The translations under genes and the position numbers were made by a program. From Podarcis gaigeae (lineage: Eukaryota), in the NCBI GenBank assembly GCA_964106915.2, contig OZ066915.1: a stretch of 64,000 nt of DNA. The stretch is one strand, 5' to 3'. Every line of letters starts with the position of its first letter. Within the stretch, counting starts at the first letter, position 1. This document shows, piece after piece, positions 60,376 through 64,000 of this stretch. The notes under the pieces are model-generated. The model had not been told where the DNA came from. It searched no databases and was given only the letters and a program-made list of their open reading frames with translations.

Positions 60376-63300
60376 GTATGTTGCAGTAATGACAGATAAT
60401 TCTTTGCTTTCCAGCCAAATATCCTGCTATGCTTTGGTGGCTTGTAATAATTAAAACTTGTAATCTCGCTGCAGGATGGGTAGGTATTACTTTCTCTCTC
60501 TCATATACGGGTGGAGCGACTGAAGCTCACAGGCTTTGTAAGATGGTGGCAGTGGCTGTAATAAAGCCCCTTTTTATAATGTTAGTCAACAGCCCATTAA
60601 TATCAGATCTTACTTGGAACTTCTTATTGTAGTTGTACCTCTGCATAGAACGATGCAACTAGACACAGGTATCTGGCTGAGTTCAATTGGCCTCTCCTCT
60701 GTCACGTGTCCTAATGTGTTTCATGTATCTTCACATTATGACTGTTGTGAGATAATGAACGGCATGGCTTAAATAACAACTTGAATTATCCTAGGGACAG
60801 TTCTCACAATTTTGCTTTAGTATGTGATTTTAGCCTTTCTGAAGGCATTTTACATTAGCACTGCCCCTGCCCAAACATCCTATACACTTTCAGATTTGCT
60901 CTTATTTTTTTATCCGGGCATGTAACTTGAAAACAGATGTTATTGTCAGTGATGATTTGTGCGCTGGCGAACCTTCATCTGAAAGAACAGCACTTCATAC
61001 CATATTTGATAGTTAAGGGAAAGGACACAAATTTTAAACTTACAACTTACAACCAAGGCCAAGTACTAAAAAACAGAGCTATAATGATAGTTTTTAAGAT
61101 GACTCCCAAGCATCTTCTATATGGAGGAAATCTCTCCATTTGCAAAGAGGGCTTGAAGCTAAATTGTCTTAGGCAAAAAAGAAGAAGAAAAAGGTTTTTT
61201 CATCCCCTACCACTTTATTTTTATTTAGTTTGAGGGTTGTTCTCTTGCCCCAGTTCGGGAGCATACTTCTCCCATAGCTTGTTTTAAAGCAGCATAAATT
61301 CTACCCTCCTGCAGCCTACCTTTCTGTTCCTACCTTCCTGTTTATTACATGGAAATGATCTATTGGTGTTGGATCCAGTCTAGTGCTGAGAATAAAAATC
61401 TGGGTCTTTTGTCTTCTGTAAAAGCCCATAGTAAGAGGAAGGCTTTAAAAAAAATGAATATCCGAAAACAAGATGGAAGCCCAGTTTTGAAAAACATCTC
61501 AATTTGAGAATTCTTTTAAATAGGAGAAGCAGAAATGTAGATATGCCATTTGCAGGCATTCCATTATTTTGTGCATTAATTGCACTGTGGCCTATAAACA
61601 GGGTGTCCTTGTGATGATTACAAATCAAACAATTGCAGGGCATTGTTCTGAGGGATTACATACCTTCTACAGAACACTTAACATATCAAGAAATAGACTG
61701 GTTTAATAAAACAAACTCATTGTACCTTTTTATAGGGTAGAAAGAAAACCCCTTCTTGATCATATAGAACCCAAGCACAAGAGAAGAGTCCATCAAAATA
61801 ACTTCTCTAATGCATACTTTTCTCAGCTCTCTAAGAAAAGCTCCAACTTGTCTTATGTAACCAACCAGGGATAGTTCACACATAAGAAAAGCAACCATAC
61901 GCTCTCCAATTTTGTTCTGGTTCAGTTTTTATATACCCGTCAGTATATGCATAATGCACTGACCTTGATCTAGTGTTAACCACAGTGAAGTTCTCTGACC
62001 TCATGATTGTGCTGGGGAGCCTCTGTCAGAATTACACTCTTCTACGATAATAGGGAGGGAAGGAGAGAAGAAGCATTCCTAATTTGTTTCAGTTTTCAGT
62101 TGTGCTAAGCTTATGTTTCATGTTAAGTTTAGATAAATATCATGAGGATCCAGTGATGTTACTAGGATGAATGAAGCCTTAAGATGGATGTGACTTAATT
62201 ACTACAGGAGAAAAAAAGGGGGGTCTAATTATCTCTCATAGTCAACTTACTTTGTGTTAAAGAATTTACCCTATTGATCATTGTAATAAAATTCTGAGAG
62301 TTATTAAACTCATTTGGGGGAAGATTCACTGAAACACAATGAAGATTAATTATGTAGCCTAATGTTCTGTTAATTGAGTTTTTAAATAGTTTTTTGATTA
62401 ACAGGAATATTATTCAGGAAGGTGTTTTCATATGCTTATAAATACCTCAAAAGGATTCAGAGTTCTCTGCTACCTTTTCTACCCAAATATTCCCATTCTG
62501 TTCCCAAAATAACAGTGTGTGGAAGGGCCCTTTGATCAAAATGAGTTAATACAACAAAATTAACAGGAGTCAACTGGAATCCCCAGAAAAGGGGGTGGAG
62601 GGAAATGAAGATGAATAAGATTGTCTTTAAAGGCTGGTGGGAGCAATGACAAACTGCAGATAGAGCACCCGCCAGGAGGGGGAAAAGAAAACACCATTAT
62701 TCAGAATAAAAGCCACATGTTCCTGAGGCTCTTTCCCTGAAGGACTTCATGGCACAACGATAAATGGGATGACAACAAAATGATGAAGCCAATGGAAATA
62801 TCCACCTGACAGGCAAGCTGGCAATTGTGGAATTCAGTACAGATTCAGTGTCGATGATAAAACGTCAGATTTTATTCCTTTCACTGGGAGGAGGGAGTTG
62901 AAACTGACTTTTGAGTAAATTACAGACATGATTGGGCTCCTTTCTAGTTTGTACTTTGTCACCCTTTGGACTTGCAATGTAATCTGTTGCAATCAAAGCT
63001 CAGCTAAAGCAGTTAGCTTTCATGTAACTCTAAATTGCTTTTATAGGATATTGTGCATGCTAGTTTTCTTGTCTAAGCTGTTCCCTCAACCTGTGCCAAA
63101 GTAAAATTCATTCAGCTTGACATATGCAATGTGCAGAGACCAGATTACAATCAGCAACCTTTTGCAGACGAGACACTGGAATCTACTTTTGTGGCTTACT
63201 GGTTCAAAATTTGCTTGAAATATTCAAACATGATAGATAGGCTGCATAGTCATGAATGTTGTTATTTCCTTTTGCCAAATTGGCAGGAATAACTGGTGGC

Positions 63301-64000
63301 ATGTGTTTCTTCAGCATGCGATCAGAGAAGAAATCCTTGTAATTGCCCCTTCTTAATTTTACATAAAGCTGTACTTTCCCCCTGCTATATTGAAATAAGA
63401 TCAAATGCCTGACTGCGCCAAGACCAATTATTGAGAGAAATGCATGGTTTAGGCCACCATTACTAGGTCAGGGTATAAACATTAAAAATCTTCCATTTGA
63501 CCTACTTTAGTCTGAAAAGTCACAACAGTTTCTTGGACCACTGGTTATGTCTAAATATATAGAAAGGAAAATTCTGCATAGGCATCTTGTGTGGAATACT
63601 TTTAATTATCTAAACACAGAAGTTTAAGGGGACAGCGGCTATATGAGTAGCCATATTCTATGGATTTGCAGCACCCTCTATATTTGGTCCCTGTAGGGGA
63701 TAGGGAAGCCTTGCATTATCCTTCTCCAGTAATCTCCTACTGCGATTGAATAGGGGAACCTCAATCCTTTCTGAGTCTTCTGCAGTGGAGTTAAAGGAAA
63801 GTGGTCCTGGTGGTGCTGACCCTGAATGTGCTCCTGCTTCAGGTTCAGAGTCCGTTCCTCCACTTTCTGACTCATAAAAGCTTCTGTGTCATTTCTGATC
63901 ATTGATTTCAGCAAGAATGAAACCTGATCATGCTACCTGCAGAGGGCATGGTGTGAAAATTGCATTGGAGTTGAGTCTGTGATCCTATATTTCCTTAGTC

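Noticed and set aside
60376-64000. Next PPP2R2B exon (DKTVKLWKVSERD...)
   Set aside because: Not found; likely beyond the window end.
1-64000. CRISPR arrays, operons or other prokaryotic systems
   Set aside because: The sequence is vertebrate intronic DNA; no regularly spaced repeat-spacer structure.

Overview
Eukaryotic (vertebrate) DNA, most likely a lacertid lizard: it carries Sauria/Squam1-type SINEs with ACCTTT tails, a Squam3-type SINE with a CTT tail, and BovB, L2, CR1 and RTE LINE fragments. The only host coding sequence I can support is two internal + strand exons of PPP2R2B (PP2A B55-beta): 56890-56987 (98 nt) and 60210-60375 (166 nt). Both have canonical AG/GT boundaries and compatible phases. 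Everything else appears to be PPP2R2B intron; no first exon or CpG island is visible. It is filled with transposon relics: five Sauria SINEs in at least three variants, hAT-type MITEs with 8-bp TSDs, Harbinger-like MITEs, several nested insertions, microsatellites and a 193-nt assembly gap. Nearly all supplied ORFs are spurious or TE-derived. I found no convincing new protein-coding system. The best candidates for unexplained structure are RNA-level: (i) a tandemly duplicated hairpin/pseudoknot motif with stem-preserving substitutions in a non-autonomous RTE-like element (27.3-27.5 kb); (ii) two decayed Penelope-type hammerhead-like cores; (iii) an inverted L2 pair that could form long dsRNA upstream of the exons; (iv) several repeat-free, motif-dense candidate enhancers. 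All family names come from recognition by eye and need RepeatMasker/Dfam confirmation.
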